A stretch of 64,000 nt of DNA. Origin: a virus. Of the stretch, positions 1 through 10,340 are shown one piece after another. The notes under the pieces are model-generated. The model made no database searches and was not told the origin of the DNA. It worked only from the letters and a program-made list of their open reading frames with translations. The DNA is taken from IMG/VR virus record IMGVR_UViG_3300050343_000243, positions 1 to 64,000 of that record; one strand, given 5' to 3'. Both the position numbers and the translations under genes were made by a program. How positions within the stretch are numbered: the first letter of the stretch is position 1; the number at the start of each line of letters is the position of its first letter.

Positions 1-1409
1 GAAATTTTTGTACTGCCGTCGGGGATTAATCCGGTTACACCGTTAGGCATTTCGCCTGACTCAAGTGTAACACCTAGTAAATCAACTCTTTTCTTCTCAT
101 ATGCCTGCATCTTCTTAAAGAACTTCTCATTCTCTGCCTGGAATTCCTCAAGATCTTCAAAGTCTTCTTGCAGTGGAATCTCGGGCTTTTTAAGACCCAT
201 AGCGACTGCAAAACTTTCGTTGAACATACGCTCTTCATGTTTGATCATAAGACCAAACAGTCTGCATAAACCATACGTAAATAGTGCACGTGCTTTCTTT
301 TCTGCTGTAGCAGCTACACGTCCATAGAGAGTTTTAATCTCATATGCCGTGGATGCAGTACCGATATCAATATCATCGACACCACCAAGGGCTAGACGGA
401 TTTCAGAGCGGTATTGCTTGACATACATGTTCTGATCACCACTGACACTGTCAGGAGTGAGATAGCCGACACGGTCAGTTGCTTCAAGGTTGGCGATAAC
501 ACGAGGAATACGTATCTGTCCATCTAGAGCAGATGCCCCACCAAAAGGCTCACTAACCCTGGTGCTTGATCTGCCCATAGCAGCGAATCCAGCTTGTGAA
601 CTAATGGTGGGTTTAAAGGTACTGTCTTCACCACTTTCAATAATGTCGTGTTTAGGACGACTAGAAATCAACGTAGGGTTGCCAAAGAACTTCAGATTCT
701 TACGTACGTTCTTGACAAGGTCATCGTGATACATGATCTGGTTGGCAAGCCATTCAAACTCACCATTTCCAGTCGCTTCGCCTGTGCAATCCATATAGTT
801 GAAAACTTCAACTGCAGGAATGAATCCGAGACTATTAGTTAATGTTTCTGTATTGCCAGGCATTGCAATGGAAGACTGACCCATGTTGTTTTCAAATTCA
901 ATCTTTTCATCAGAGATTGTTTGTTCAATCCGATCCTTGAAAACATTTAACTTGATATACTTTTTCTTGCCACCACGTACGGCCTCTGAAGGGAAGGGAT
1001 TTGCATTTTTACCTTCAGACTGAACGTTAAAACTGTATGTCAGAACAATATTGTTTAAATCACCAGCTTGATCCCTATATGCCCTGTAATTGTCTTTAGG
1101 GAAAAATAGCAACTGATAGTTATCTCCAGCAGGGCGGAAGTAAAACAATCCCTGTCCATCACACAAGAAGTAGTCAACAACACTATCCAACTTCATGTCG
1201 AGCATATTGTGCTCACAGACTTTGGCTATGAAATCCTTTCTGTATCCATAACTATCCTGTTCTGCATAAAACTCAATACCTCTGCGCAGCATAAACATCC
1301 TCATCTGTGCAAGATGGGATGAGACGATCATGGTGTCTACTGATAGATCACCACGACGCTCTTTAGCAGCAGTAAGAATTTGTTTAAAGCCGCTTTCTGC
1401 TTGATTCAT
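1..1409 (-). CDS. Probable portal protein (partial, runs off window start)
   Basis: Long frame from ATG 1409 (MNQAESGFKQILTAAKERRG...) apparently open to the window edge; ordinary globular composition; lies close to the large terminase. Confidence 0.55.
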   Translation of the reverse strand, partial: MNQAESGFKQILTAAKERRGDLSVDTMIVSSHLAQMRMFMLRRGIEFYAEQDSYGYRKDFIAKVCEHNMLDMKLDSVVDYFLCDGQGLFYFRPAGDNYQLLFFPKDNYRAYRDQAGDLNNIVLTYSFNVQSEGKNANPFPSEAVRGGKKKYIKLNVFKDRIEQTISDEKIEFENNMGQSSIAMPGNTETLTNSLGFIPAVEVFNYMDCTGEATGNGEFEWLANQIMYHDDLVKNVRKNLKFFGNPTLISSRPKHDIIESGEDSTFKPTISSQAGFAAMGRSSTRVSEPFGGASALDGQIRIPRVIANLEATDRVGYLTPDSVSGDQNMYVKQYRSEIRLALGGVDDIDIGTASTAYEIKTLYGRVAATAEKKARALFTYGLCRLFGLMIKHEERMFNESFAVAMGLKKPEIPLQEDFEDLEEFQAENEKFFKKMQAYEKKRVDLLGVTLESGEMPNGVTGLIPDGSTKI

Positions 1410-1440
1410 TTTTACCTATCTTTATTACTAGTCTATCGGG

Positions 1441-2241
1441 TTAGAACTTAGAATACTTCTTATACATCTTCTCATAATCAGGGGATTCTACTTTTTCTGG
1501 AGATTTCGCATCGTTCCAAGATGCAGTTGCAAAATTCCCCATATCTCCGAAGAGCTGTGAACGCATAACATCAGATTTAGCGTTGTTATAACGCTCTCTT
1601 TGACCAATGCGCTTATCTAATGCTGCAGGGTCTGAATATGAATTCTGCTTAGCACGTGAGATAGCACCTTGTGCAATATAGTCAGTATTTTGATATGCCT
1701 TTTGTAGATCCCTATTCTGTGTTGCCTGCCTATCTATGCGAGCAGCATTAGCAGCATGGCTGTCCTTAGGGGCATAGTATCCAGCCATAGTTGCTGCAGA
1801 AGCTGGGGTGTCTTTGGACGGATTACCACTACTTTGGTAGTTGAACACTCGGCTATCTCCACCGTAGTTACGTACGGAGTTATCTTGGTTCTGGTTTACG
1901 TAGTTGTTATCACCTTTGATTGAGCTCGTCTGATCGTTGTCTTGAGTGACTGTCTGGGTTGTATTGCCAATGTTCTTTTGAGTATTTGTATTAGACCCAC
2001 CTTCTTTTCCTGATAGAGCGCCGGATGCAATCTGGTCGTATAGTCCACCAGATCCTTTGGCGTTACCTGAATACAACGTATCAGGATTGGCATCTAACTG
2101 TCTCAAGATATCGGCATCAGAAGCACCACTTTTCTTGGCAGCATAGTAATCTTTATGGCCAAAGCGTTCAGAACTATTGCCATATTCCATGCTGTATTTC
2201 ATTGCTCTTTCTTTGGCGTTACTGTGATTTGAATTGCTCAT
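1441..2241 (-). CDS. Hypothetical virion-associated protein with Asn/Gln-rich QDND module
   Basis: 266-aa ORF in packaging cluster; shares QTVxQDNDQTSS...NQxQDN.RNxGG with the neighbouring ORF. Confidence 0.6.
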   Translation of the reverse strand: MSNSNHSNAKERAMKYSMEYGNSSERFGHKDYYAAKKSGASDADILRQLDANPDTLYSGNAKGSGGLYDQIASGALSGKEGGSNTNTQKNIGNTTQTVTQDNDQTSSIKGDNNYVNQNQDNSVRNYGGDSRVFNYQSSGNPSKDTPASAATMAGYYAPKDSHAANAARIDRQATQNRDLQKAYQNTDYIAQGAISRAKQNSYSDPAALDKRIGQRERYNNAKSDVMRSQLFGDMGNFATASWNDAKSPEKVESPDYEKMYKKYSKF

Positions 2242-2254
2242 GATTAATAACTCC

Positions 2255-2830
2255 TTAAGCTGCGAATTTGCTGTTCATCCAGGCTGACTTCCAATCTTCC
2301 GGATTAAAAGTACGACCACCAAAGTTTCGGATGTTGTTGTCTTGGTCTTGGTTGACTGTATTGTTATTACCTACAACGCTGCTTGTTTGATCGTTGTCTT
2401 GAATCACTGTCTGTGAGACATTGCCATTATCCAAAGCAAAAGGACTTGTTCGGGGCATTGCAGAATCTGGAATAGTTACATCACCACTTCCCGTATCAAT
2501 TTCTACTTCAATAGGACCAGTAATAGCAGCAGGAGCAGGAGTAGGCGCCACTTCTGGTACTACTGGTTCTCCAGCCATTTCAGGCACAACACCGCCCTCG
2601 GGTTTATTAACTGGTGGACCGCCACCTGTAAGACGACGATAATCATCGTCACCGAAGCTATCTCCTTGGAAAGCCATAATTACATCTTTATCGCTATATC
2701 CTGAAAGGTCATAACCGGATACTTTTGCAAGTTTTGCTTCTGATTTCTCAGGATCAGCGGCAATGGCTTGACGGGCAGCAAAATTTCTATCTTCATTTAT
2801 TTTGTCACCGGCCATTCTTTTTTTAGACAT
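2255..2830 (-). CDS. Hypothetical virion-associated protein (N-terminal RMAG, QDND module)
   Basis: 191-aa ORF; Pro/Ala linker; module paralogous to 1441-2241. Confidence 0.6.
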   Translation of the reverse strand: MSKKRMAGDKINEDRNFAARQAIAADPEKSEAKLAKVSGYDLSGYSDKDVIMAFQGDSFGDDDYRRLTGGGPPVNKPEGGVVPEMAGEPVVPEVAPTPAPAAITGPIEVEIDTGSGDVTIPDSAMPRTSPFALDNGNVSQTVIQDNDQTSSVVGNNNTVNQDQDNNIRNFGGRTFNPEDWKSAWMNSKFAA

Positions 2831-2838
2831 ACCGCTAT

Positions 2839-4377
2839 TTATAAATTAAAGCTATCATTATTGTACTCTAATTGTAATCCACCTCTTCTTAATAACCCTC
2901 CCATAACTAAAACCATGGAATCAACAGCATCATCATGTTGTGAATGACCAAAATTCAATAATTCATCTTCAAGTACTGTCCATTTACGCCATTTATTCCA
3001 TACAACCCGACGACCTTCAAATAAACCAAGGACACCACGTAATCGGGCGAGCTTGTCTCCTTTAAATCCTTTGACTGGACTGACAGTCAGATTGTATAGA
3101 GCACGCTCTTCATGCATTATCCGTTTAAAGTCACCCTCAAATGATGTTTGATATGCAACAGCTTCTGGCCATATGATGCATGGAGACATCGTTGGGAAGT
3201 ACTGACCATCATCATTTTCAATAAGGATGTTCCAGTCAGTTAACATCTCACATAAGGTATCCATCTTTTTTATGTTGCCCATCGTACGCTCACGACGTTG
3301 ATCAATCAGATAGATTTTCCCGTCTTTGATACCTGCAAGAGTGAACACAGTCCAGTCATTCTTTTGAGACAGACCGGCACTTAAGTCAATACCTACGCCA
3401 AGGCAGTCGTAGTCATCAGGCACAGGAGCTTTAACTATCAGTTCTGGCGAGATACCTACGTCAGCATTACGGACAGCCGTGTTTAAGTACTGATATGCAA
3501 AAGCAACACGGTCCTCCATCTTTCGTTCATTCAGGTATTTCATAGACCAGAACTCTGGCCAATATGAACGTTGCTTACCGTCAGCGTCTGTGTGTACAGC
3601 TTGTTGAACTATCTGCTTCCAATTATTCTTTGGGACGAATAGGGTTTGATGAATGTCATCAAAATGAAAACGGGTACCCAGGCAAATAGCCCGTGCCCCT
3701 TGAAACATTGTCGGCGCAATAACATTAGACCATGTTTGTTCCATCTCACGGCGAATATCCGGATTGTTGATGGATACTGCAGACTTGATAGGGTCATCGA
3801 TAAGCACCAACTGGGATCTCTTTGAAGTAATGGCTCCCTTGAGACCCCCACACGCAATTGTGAAAGCCTCCTCACCCGCTGTATCAATCCCTGCAAAGTC
3901 ATAGTCAATACTCCAATATTCGTCCGATCTTTTAATCTTTGATAGCCTGACCATTGGAAATACTTCTCTGTACTTCGGGCTGCTCAAGATGCCCTTAATC
4001 GTCGCTGATTTTGCTCGGCTGATATCTACCATGTAGGCGATGTACAGAATACGCAGCATTTGCTTGGCAGCAGCATGTCGGCCAATCATCCAAGCTGCAA
4101 ACAAACCAAGGACAGTACTTTTCGCAGATCCACGAGGCGCAAGGATGGAAGTATTCTGTCCTCCGATTCCTAATAGACATTCACTATCCTTCCCTGTGCA
4201 TAACTCGTTATGCCATTCCATCATGTGTTTTGCAGGCTTTTTGCCCATAAATACACAGAAGTCATAGAAATCATCCCTTGCTTTTAATACTTCCTCTGAA
4301 GGTGGTTTAGTAGTAACCTTCGTTGCAGTCATTAATGCTGCACGTTTAAAAGCTAACGATGAACTTGCTATTGCCAT
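2839..4377 (-). CDS. terL: Terminase large subunit
   Basis: Walker A APRGSAKST, Walker B LIDD, GTRFHFDD coupling motif, RNase H-like nuclease GIDLS and HDDAVD. Confidence 0.92.
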   Translation of the reverse strand: MAIASSSLAFKRAALMTATKVTTKPPSEEVLKARDDFYDFCVFMGKKPAKHMMEWHNELCTGKDSECLLGIGGQNTSILAPRGSAKSTVLGLFAAWMIGRHAAAKQMLRILYIAYMVDISRAKSATIKGILSSPKYREVFPMVRLSKIKRSDEYWSIDYDFAGIDTAGEEAFTIACGGLKGAITSKRSQLVLIDDPIKSAVSINNPDIRREMEQTWSNVIAPTMFQGARAICLGTRFHFDDIHQTLFVPKNNWKQIVQQAVHTDADGKQRSYWPEFWSMKYLNERKMEDRVAFAYQYLNTAVRNADVGISPELIVKAPVPDDYDCLGVGIDLSAGLSQKNDWTVFTLAGIKDGKIYLIDQRRERTMGNIKKMDTLCEMLTDWNILIENDDGQYFPTMSPCIIWPEAVAYQTSFEGDFKRIMHEERALYNLTVSPVKGFKGDKLARLRGVLGLFEGRRVVWNKWRKWTVLEDELLNFGHSQHDDAVDSMVLVMGGLLRRGGLQLEYNNDSFNL

Positions 4378-4404
4378 ACAGATACTTTTTTATTAGTCTA
4401 ACTA

Positions 4405-4686
4405 TTAAGCTTTTCCTTCAGCGATACGTTGAGCTAATCGAGAGGCTGCTCTTGACTTTGCACGCATACGAATAGCCCTCTGTCTATCTTCTTCATATGC
4501 AATTCCAATAGCTGCACTCCTAGCAGCTGCTTCTTCTGCACCATTCGATGACATAAAGAATTTTTCTACGCTATATCCTGGTATGGAAGGTAAACGTCTT
4601 GAAAGAGTTCCGCTTCTACCAAGAGAAGCAACACTGTAGTTATCTACGATTGCTCCAGGCAGATCGTCAATGATTAGATCACGCAT
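4405..4686 (-). CDS. Hypothetical protein
   Basis: 93-aa ORF coupled to the upstream gene. Confidence 0.55.
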   Translation of the reverse strand: MRDLIIDDLPGAIVDNYSVASLGRSGTLSRRLPSIPGYSVEKFFMSSNGAEEAAARSAAIGIAYEEDRQRAIRMRAKSRAASRLAQRIAEGKA

Positions 4687-5221
4687 TACTTAACTCCGAA
4701 TATATCTTTGCCCATACCGCATTGATTGCATTTTCAATGGGTTCAGCAAACTGTGGGTCATCCTTGAAGATGCTGGACATCTCCCGCATGACACGGTCTG
4801 CACCGGCAAGTACCAATCCACGTTTGTCTGTGGAGCGGTTCATCCGATCACTGGTTTCAATGTGAGAGCGAAGTTCTTTTTCTAGCGCAGCCAAGCGGGC
4901 AGCACCGTTATCACCTTTAATCTCTCCGGAGGTGATTGCCATTCGTAACTCTTGTATATCGGAGTGAAGTGCAGCAATTTCGCTATTAAGAATTTCACGA
5001 CGGTTAAGCTTCTTATACTTCATTTTGACCCATTTATTCAGGTCTGTAAATGTGCCAGGATATCCAGATATTCCGGCATATACCCAAATCTCAATGATGG
5101 AAGGAGTGACTTCAGCAAATTCTCTAAACTCCTCACTTTCACCTGCAGTCAAGGTATCAAGCCACTGCTCAACATAGTTCAGGTATACCTTGCCAGTTGT
5201 TATTTCTGTTTTAGTTGTCAT
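4679..5221 (-). CDS. Helical hypothetical protein, possible terminase small subunit
   Basis: 180 aa, coiled-coil; TerS call rests only on position upstream of terL. Confidence 0.35.
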   Translation of the reverse strand: MTTKTEITTGKVYLNYVEQWLDTLTAGESEEFREFAEVTPSIIEIWVYAGISGYPGTFTDLNKWVKMKYKKLNRREILNSEIAALHSDIQELRMAITSGEIKGDNGAARLAALEKELRSHIETSDRMNRSTDKRGLVLAGADRVMREMSSIFKDDPQFAEPIENAINAVWAKIYSELSNA

Positions 5222-6195
5222 CAGAATGCTCTCGCCGTATTACGTGCATAACTATGCATGTTGGCCCGATCCTTGGCTTTCAACCTTGTCTCGTTGTCTT
5301 GGGTTTTCCGCGTTTCGTCTCCCGTTGCACGGGTGTTATCAATTGTTCCCTGTGCGTTTACACTTGCAACATCTACTGTTCTATCTGCACCATACTTGGA
5401 TGCATCAGCAGCTGAAGTTGCTTTGAACTTTTCAGCATCAGAAGAAATGAGCTGTTGTACTGTATTTGCATCTGACTCATATAGGGATGAATCCTTCTGC
5501 ATCTGTCCTACATCAGTTTTAGCCTTTGCACCGATGTTGGCTACATCACGATCTTTGTCGAAGCTACCAAAGTTAATTTTCTCGTTTGAAGCATTGTTCT
5601 GGGCATCAGTGAGACGCTGTTGTTCACCAATAACAATCGTGCCTAAACGATCTTGTTGCCCCTGCGCACCAATGGACAGACGATCCTGCTCTCCAGTCGC
5701 AGACACCATACCCAAATCTCTGTCATGCTGTGCATTAGCAAACTGATTTTGATATTTGAATTGAGCATCCATGGATTGCATTCCATAGTTAAACTCATCC
5801 TTCATCGCTGCAGACTGGTTACGTAGCTCCAGGTCTGCCTGATGGGTCATATTGTTCTGTGCCAATCCTGAGTTGAACTGACCCAGCTGCATTGCAAGCT
5901 GGCTATCAACAGCAGATTGTATAAAGTTCCCCTTGAACGCATTTTTTGCCATACGTCCAGCATCATCATTTGGTGATGACTTGTAAAAGTCATTCATCAT
6001 TCCTTGGAACTTAAACATTCCTTGTCCGTTATTACTACTACTGCTGCCACTACTTCTACTGCTAGGTCTACTTGCTCCCCTCTCCCTTACTAATTTGTCG
6101 TAGCGTGCTTGATCAGAAGCACCCCAATGCTTACCACCTTCAAGAGCTATTCGTGCAAGTTGTTGATCTAACCCTGCTGGAATCTTTGCAGCCAT
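5221..6195 (-). CDS. Putative internal virion/ejection protein
   Basis: 324 aa, Gln/Ala-rich with 11-residue G-E/Q-Q-D-R-L repeats. Confidence 0.5.
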   Translation of the reverse strand: MAAKIPAGLDQQLARIALEGGKHWGASDQARYDKLVRERGASRPSSRSSGSSSSNNGQGMFKFQGMMNDFYKSSPNDDAGRMAKNAFKGNFIQSAVDSQLAMQLGQFNSGLAQNNMTHQADLELRNQSAAMKDEFNYGMQSMDAQFKYQNQFANAQHDRDLGMVSATGEQDRLSIGAQGQQDRLGTIVIGEQQRLTDAQNNASNEKINFGSFDKDRDVANIGAKAKTDVGQMQKDSSLYESDANTVQQLISSDAEKFKATSAADASKYGADRTVDVASVNAQGTIDNTRATGDETRKTQDNETRLKAKDRANMHSYARNTARAF

Positions 6196-6274
6196 CGTAC
6201 TCTTATTTAGTCTTTTCTTATTGTAACTACTCTATTTTTTTAAATACAATATAGATATTAACGACATTCGACAT

Positions 6275-7363
6275 ATGAGATTCAATAGTATTGGCAGACA
6301 AGGCAACTACTCACAAGCCGGTAAGGCAGTAGCTGATGATGCCTTGAATTCGTTTCTAGTAGCACGTCGTAAATCTCCTGACTACGGGAAAATTGCACAA
6401 GATGCTGCAAATATTGCTCGTGAAGAAAAGATCAACTCTATTAAGGCACAGGCTGAAGTAACGAAATTAGGTATTGCAGCTGCAGCAGGTGTTAAGGCTA
6501 AAAAAATTGACATCAAGGCTAAATCAGACCTTAAATCTGCCACTCGTAAAGCTGGTGTACTAGCCGCTGGTGGTCAGATGATTCAGGAAGGTGCTTCTTA
6601 CTTGGGTAATGAGCGTACTAAACGAAATGTTGGTGAAACCGATTCTGATTACACCGCTCGCATCACAAGAGCACAAAGTAAGATAGCAGAGCTTGATAAG
6701 AAGATAGAGGAATTAGGGATGGATAGCGAAGGTAACTTTACTGGCGGTAGTAATAGTGGTGGGTTAGTTGAAGAAAAGTCTCCGGGTAAGACTGTTCAAA
6801 ATACTGGAGACGGTTTACCTAAAAACAACGGAAGTACTACTCCAAAGTTTGACGGTGGTATTACCGGTCAAGGTGGTGGCACAGTAGATCAGCCTGTTGG
6901 TGGAGGAACAGGCTGGCAACGTTTAAGTAAGGTACTCAGATACGGTGAAGGTACAACTGGAGACGCTGGCTATACGACACAATTTACTGGTACTCAGTTC
7001 TCAGATATGTCTAAACATCCACGCCAGCTTCGTTCCTCTGGGAACCTTGAGTCAGACGCTGCTGGTGCATATCAGTTTCTGTCTAGCACCTGGGATGAAG
7101 CAAAGAGCGCATTAAATCTTCCTGACTTCTCAAGAGAAAGTCAAGAGAAAGCTGGACGTTTCTTGACGAAGCGTCGTGGTGTTAATCCCGATCAAGTCTT
7201 TAAGACTAAGGAGGAGTTCAAGGGAGTTATGGATAAGCTGGCTCCTGAATGGGCAAGTATGCCTTACTCACGTCAATCACCAAAGGGTTATGGTAATGGC
7301 TCTTCCTATTACGGCCAAGGTGGTATTAGTCTTGATAAAGCGTGGTCTCTATATAACTCTTAG
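6275..7363 (+). CDS. Virion-associated lysozyme (C-terminal lambda-R/GH104-like muramidase)
   Basis: RYGEGT...HP...SDAAGAYQFLSSTW...DFSRESQ...EWASMP motifs; N-terminal SPDYG helical module. Confidence 0.85.
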   Translation: MRFNSIGRQGNYSQAGKAVADDALNSFLVARRKSPDYGKIAQDAANIAREEKINSIKAQAEVTKLGIAAAAGVKAKKIDIKAKSDLKSATRKAGVLAAGGQMIQEGASYLGNERTKRNVGETDSDYTARITRAQSKIAELDKKIEELGMDSEGNFTGGSNSGGLVEEKSPGKTVQNTGDGLPKNNGSTTPKFDGGITGQGGGTVDQPVGGGTGWQRLSKVLRYGEGTTGDAGYTTQFTGTQFSDMSKHPRQLRSSGNLESDAAGAYQFLSSTWDEAKSALNLPDFSRESQEKAGRFLTKRRGVNPDQVFKTKEEFKGVMDKLAPEWASMPYSRQSPKGYGNGSSYYGQGGISLDKAWSLYNS

Positions 7364-7983
7364 AGAGCAAAGGCTGCAGCAAGAGCTGCTAGCCCACCAC
7401 CCATACTGCTGATTGCCTTACGACGATCCTGCCTATCTAGTCGCTCCATCTGTTCGTTAAAACGCCTATCTTCACGACGATCTGCACGTATTTGTTGATT
7501 CAGCAGATCGAGACGACTTTGTTGTAAATCACGGCGGTCATCATAATATCGACGCTCTCGTACCATCCGTTCATTTTTTAATTGTGGATTGTCATACGCT
7601 GCTTCACTTCGTTTTCTATCTGCTTCAATAGTTTCGTTAAGGTTCAACTCTCTGATATCTGACGCATAAGTATCTAGAAAATCTTCGGCACTCATCCCAT
7701 TTAAAAGTTGTAGGCTTGGATCCATTCTTTGTGCAGAACGTACACGACCATCTTTCTTGGCCTTATCCATCTTCACCTTATTGGAGGTATCTTCTAAGCT
7801 ATCCGTATCTACGAATAACCTGTCACCCAGCTGTAGATCGTAGTCACCAAACTCATCTGGGCCTTGACGTACTAGATCTTTACGACGGTCTTTGCCGTAG
7901 CTGTTTAAACCAACAGCAGCACCTACTCCAGAAAGAGCAGTTAAGCCTAAACCAATTCCTTTTGCAACGCCAAGCGCACCCAT
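7360..7983 (-). CDS. Putative internal virion protein
   Basis: 207 aa; Gly/Ala hydrophobic termini and a charged coil. Confidence 0.5.
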   Translation of the reverse strand: MGALGVAKGIGLGLTALSGVGAAVGLNSYGKDRRKDLVRQGPDEFGDYDLQLGDRLFVDTDSLEDTSNKVKMDKAKKDGRVRSAQRMDPSLQLLNGMSAEDFLDTYASDIRELNLNETIEADRKRSEAAYDNPQLKNERMVRERRYYDDRRDLQQSRLDLLNQQIRADRREDRRFNEQMERLDRQDRRKAISSMGGGLAALAAAFAL

Positions 7984-8010
7984 TTCTTTAACGCAATATC
8001 TTTTACTATT

Positions 8011-8733
8011 TTACACAGCTTGCAAAGCTTGTTTTGCTTCCATTCGTGATACCCGTGCTTGTAGTTCCTGGTTAGCACGAACCAATAGTCCGATTAGTTC
8101 TGTTGGATCAATGCACAACTTACCGATCGTCTCATCGTAGTAAGTAGCGTCAGGCATAACCTTCTGGTATTCCTGTGCAATGAATCCGTAGTGCATACGT
8201 TCTGGACTAGAGCTGTACTCTTCTTTGTAGAAGAAGGTGACAGGCTTCAGTTCCCGGAGAATTGCACACGCATTCTCTAGACGATCGATAGTGTGCTTTG
8301 TCGTTTCATCTGATGCCATTAAAAGTGGAGCTGCTGCACTGGCAATACCAGTAATGGCACTTATGAATCCTCCTTTCTTTTTAGCACTTGCTTGTGCTCT
8401 CGTATCTCTTGCTTGCTCTTCAGCTACTTCGATCCTTGCAGCACCCTGAATACCTACCATTGCTGCATCCGCTTCTGCATTTTCTACAGCCATACGTGTT
8501 GCTGCCGCATTAGATGCTGCTGTCAATCCAATGTCTTGATAGTTAGGGGACTCATCTGTAATACCTTTAAAGATATTTGATGTATTTACAATTCCTGCTG
8601 CACTTCCAGCATTAGTAGATAGACCCGCACTACTTAATGAGATTGGCTCAAATTCTCTAGCCTGTCCACTCTTGGGTGTGTACCTTGTACGTGGCGTAGG
8701 TGTACCAGCAAATCTAATTTGTGAACGTGCCAT
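8011..8733 (-). CDS. Virion protein with C-terminal peptidase S74 (intramolecular chaperone) domain
   Basis: SDETTKHTI...LKPVTFFY...HYGFIAQE...coiled coil; N-terminal RFAG and SPNY module. Confidence 0.75.
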   Translation of the reverse strand: MARSQIRFAGTPTPRTRYTPKSGQAREFEPISLSSAGLSTNAGSAAGIVNTSNIFKGITDESPNYQDIGLTAASNAAATRMAVENAEADAAMVGIQGAARIEVAEEQARDTRAQASAKKKGGFISAITGIASAAAPLLMASDETTKHTIDRLENACAILRELKPVTFFYKEEYSSSPERMHYGFIAQEYQKVMPDATYYDETIGKLCIDPTELIGLLVRANQELQARVSRMEAKQALQAV

Positions 8734-8783
8734 GTCTACTTTGTATATCCTTTATTTATCTTATCTACTTTAGGACTGGCTAT

Positions 8784-9192
8784 TTACATATCATACCCAC
8801 CCAATGCTTCTCTACCTATTCCTGAAGCGTGGGGTTGACTGTACTGTGTTTTACCCATGTTAGTTCCAATATTGCTACCGCCGAAGTTCATGCCACCAAT
8901 AATTGCTCCACCGATCTTGTCCAATTCCAGACATCATTGCTGCCTGAGTTCCTGCATTAGCTAATGAACGATTCGCAGCACCCGTAATTGCCGCTCCTTC
9001 TACATCAGCTGCGGACAAAATACCAGTATTTAGTGCCTTGCTTTGCTTTCCAATACTGTTAACTAGTTCCTGTCTAGCTAAATTGCTGGCAGCCTGTGCA
9101 TTCATCCCATAGTCAGGGCTATCTTGCATATAATTCTCTACTCCGGTAACTCCACCAGTAAAGTTACTTACACGTTGTCCAGCAAATCTCAT
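8784..9192 (-). CDS. Virion protein (MRFAG, SPDYG module), apparent 1-nt insertion near 8918
   Basis: Track ORF 8875-9192 ends in an odd tail; removing one base restores GQIGGAIIGGMNFGG... ending at TAA 8784. Confidence 0.55.
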
Positions 9193-9207
9193 GGTATTAA
9201 ATCCTTA

Positions 9208-10338
9208 CTAATTGATTGTATCAATTTGATTCTCTTGGGCATTGCGACGACGCCTTTCGTCCTCAAATAAGTTACCCGCCAGCATTCCACCAGCGGTTGA
9301 TGCAATTCCACCAAGTAGTCCACCTTTGATGCCACCACGACGTGCGCCAATAGTGGTTCCTGCTAATGCAGCTGCGGTAGGTAAAAGACCAGTATTGACT
9401 GGGAGGCTACGACCAAGGAACTGAACTTCAGCTCCATGAATACCATCGTTAGTGTATTTGGCTACGCCTGTTGGCAGAATCATTTGACCATCATCTGTTG
9501 GATTTAGATCTCCTTCATTATCAAACTTAAATGCCTTATATCTCATGTACTCATCTTTCGAGACATCAGGACGTACTTGCTTAAACTCATCCCATGGAAG
9601 AAGATTCCCTGTCTTACCAAGGATGTACTTGGCAGCTACTTCACCTAATACGTTGCTGGTCTTAGACGGATCTTCTTCACTCTCAAGTACTGCCTTATAG
9701 CCCTCTTGTCCGCCAAGTGGGTTCATCAGTCCAATGGATTGATTAATTGCGAATCCGGATGGAATCAGTAAAGCTTCTGCAAGCCCTGGCTCATACTTAC
9801 GTTTGTAATATTCACCACTTTTGCGTGATACACCTGCTGTCGGTAATCCACTTTCACCAATCAATCCAGCTGCTTTTGCATCTCTTGTATTTCTAATACC
9901 AATTCCGGTAGGAGCTGCTTGATAAATATCTGGAGCAAATTTATGTAGGAGAGCTTCTTGTGCAGTACTGCCTACAGCTTGTGGTGCATTCAGAAGCCAC
10001 CACACGGACCTTCCACGGTCCTGTACGAGGTCTCCAGCCAATGTGCCAAGCACTTGCCCACCTCGCTCTACACGGTCGTTAGAGAGCCCTAGACCCATCT
10101 CCTGGCGTGCCTGCATATGTTCTGGATTCGCCTTACCCATCAGTTCACGGGCAACTGACACTGTTGGGTTAGATCCCATCATCTGGTTCCAACGTGAACC
10201 GTCAGTCTCTTTACCTTCTGCTTCGTAAGCACGTTTCAGTGCAGCCCGGTAGTCCTCTCGTCCATACCCAACATTCCGCTGGAATCCTTTGTTCAGTCTT
10301 CCAAGGATTTCGTTAATTCTGTTCTGTCTAGGTACCAT
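9208..10338 (-). CDS. Putative internal virion protein
   Basis: 376 aa with a Gly-zipper C-terminus, in the structural cluster. Confidence 0.55.
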   Translation of the reverse strand: MVPRQNRINEILGRLNKGFQRNVGYGREDYRAALKRAYEAEGKETDGSRWNQMMGSNPTVSVARELMGKANPEHMQARQEMGLGLSNDRVERGGQVLGTLAGDLVQDRGRSVWWLLNAPQAVGSTAQEALLHKFAPDIYQAAPTGIGIRNTRDAKAAGLIGESGLPTAGVSRKSGEYYKRKYEPGLAEALLIPSGFAINQSIGLMNPLGGQEGYKAVLESEEDPSKTSNVLGEVAAKYILGKTGNLLPWDEFKQVRPDVSKDEYMRYKAFKFDNEGDLNPTDDGQMILPTGVAKYTNDGIHGAEVQFLGRSLPVNTGLLPTAAALAGTTIGARRGGIKGGLLGGIASTAGGMLAGNLFEDERRRRNAQENQIDTIN

Positions 10339-10340
10339 GA

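Noticed and set aside
8875-8925. Programmed frameshift in the 9192 gene
   Set aside because: No slippery heptamer; a single inserted base (CAAG versus CAG) looks like a sequencing error
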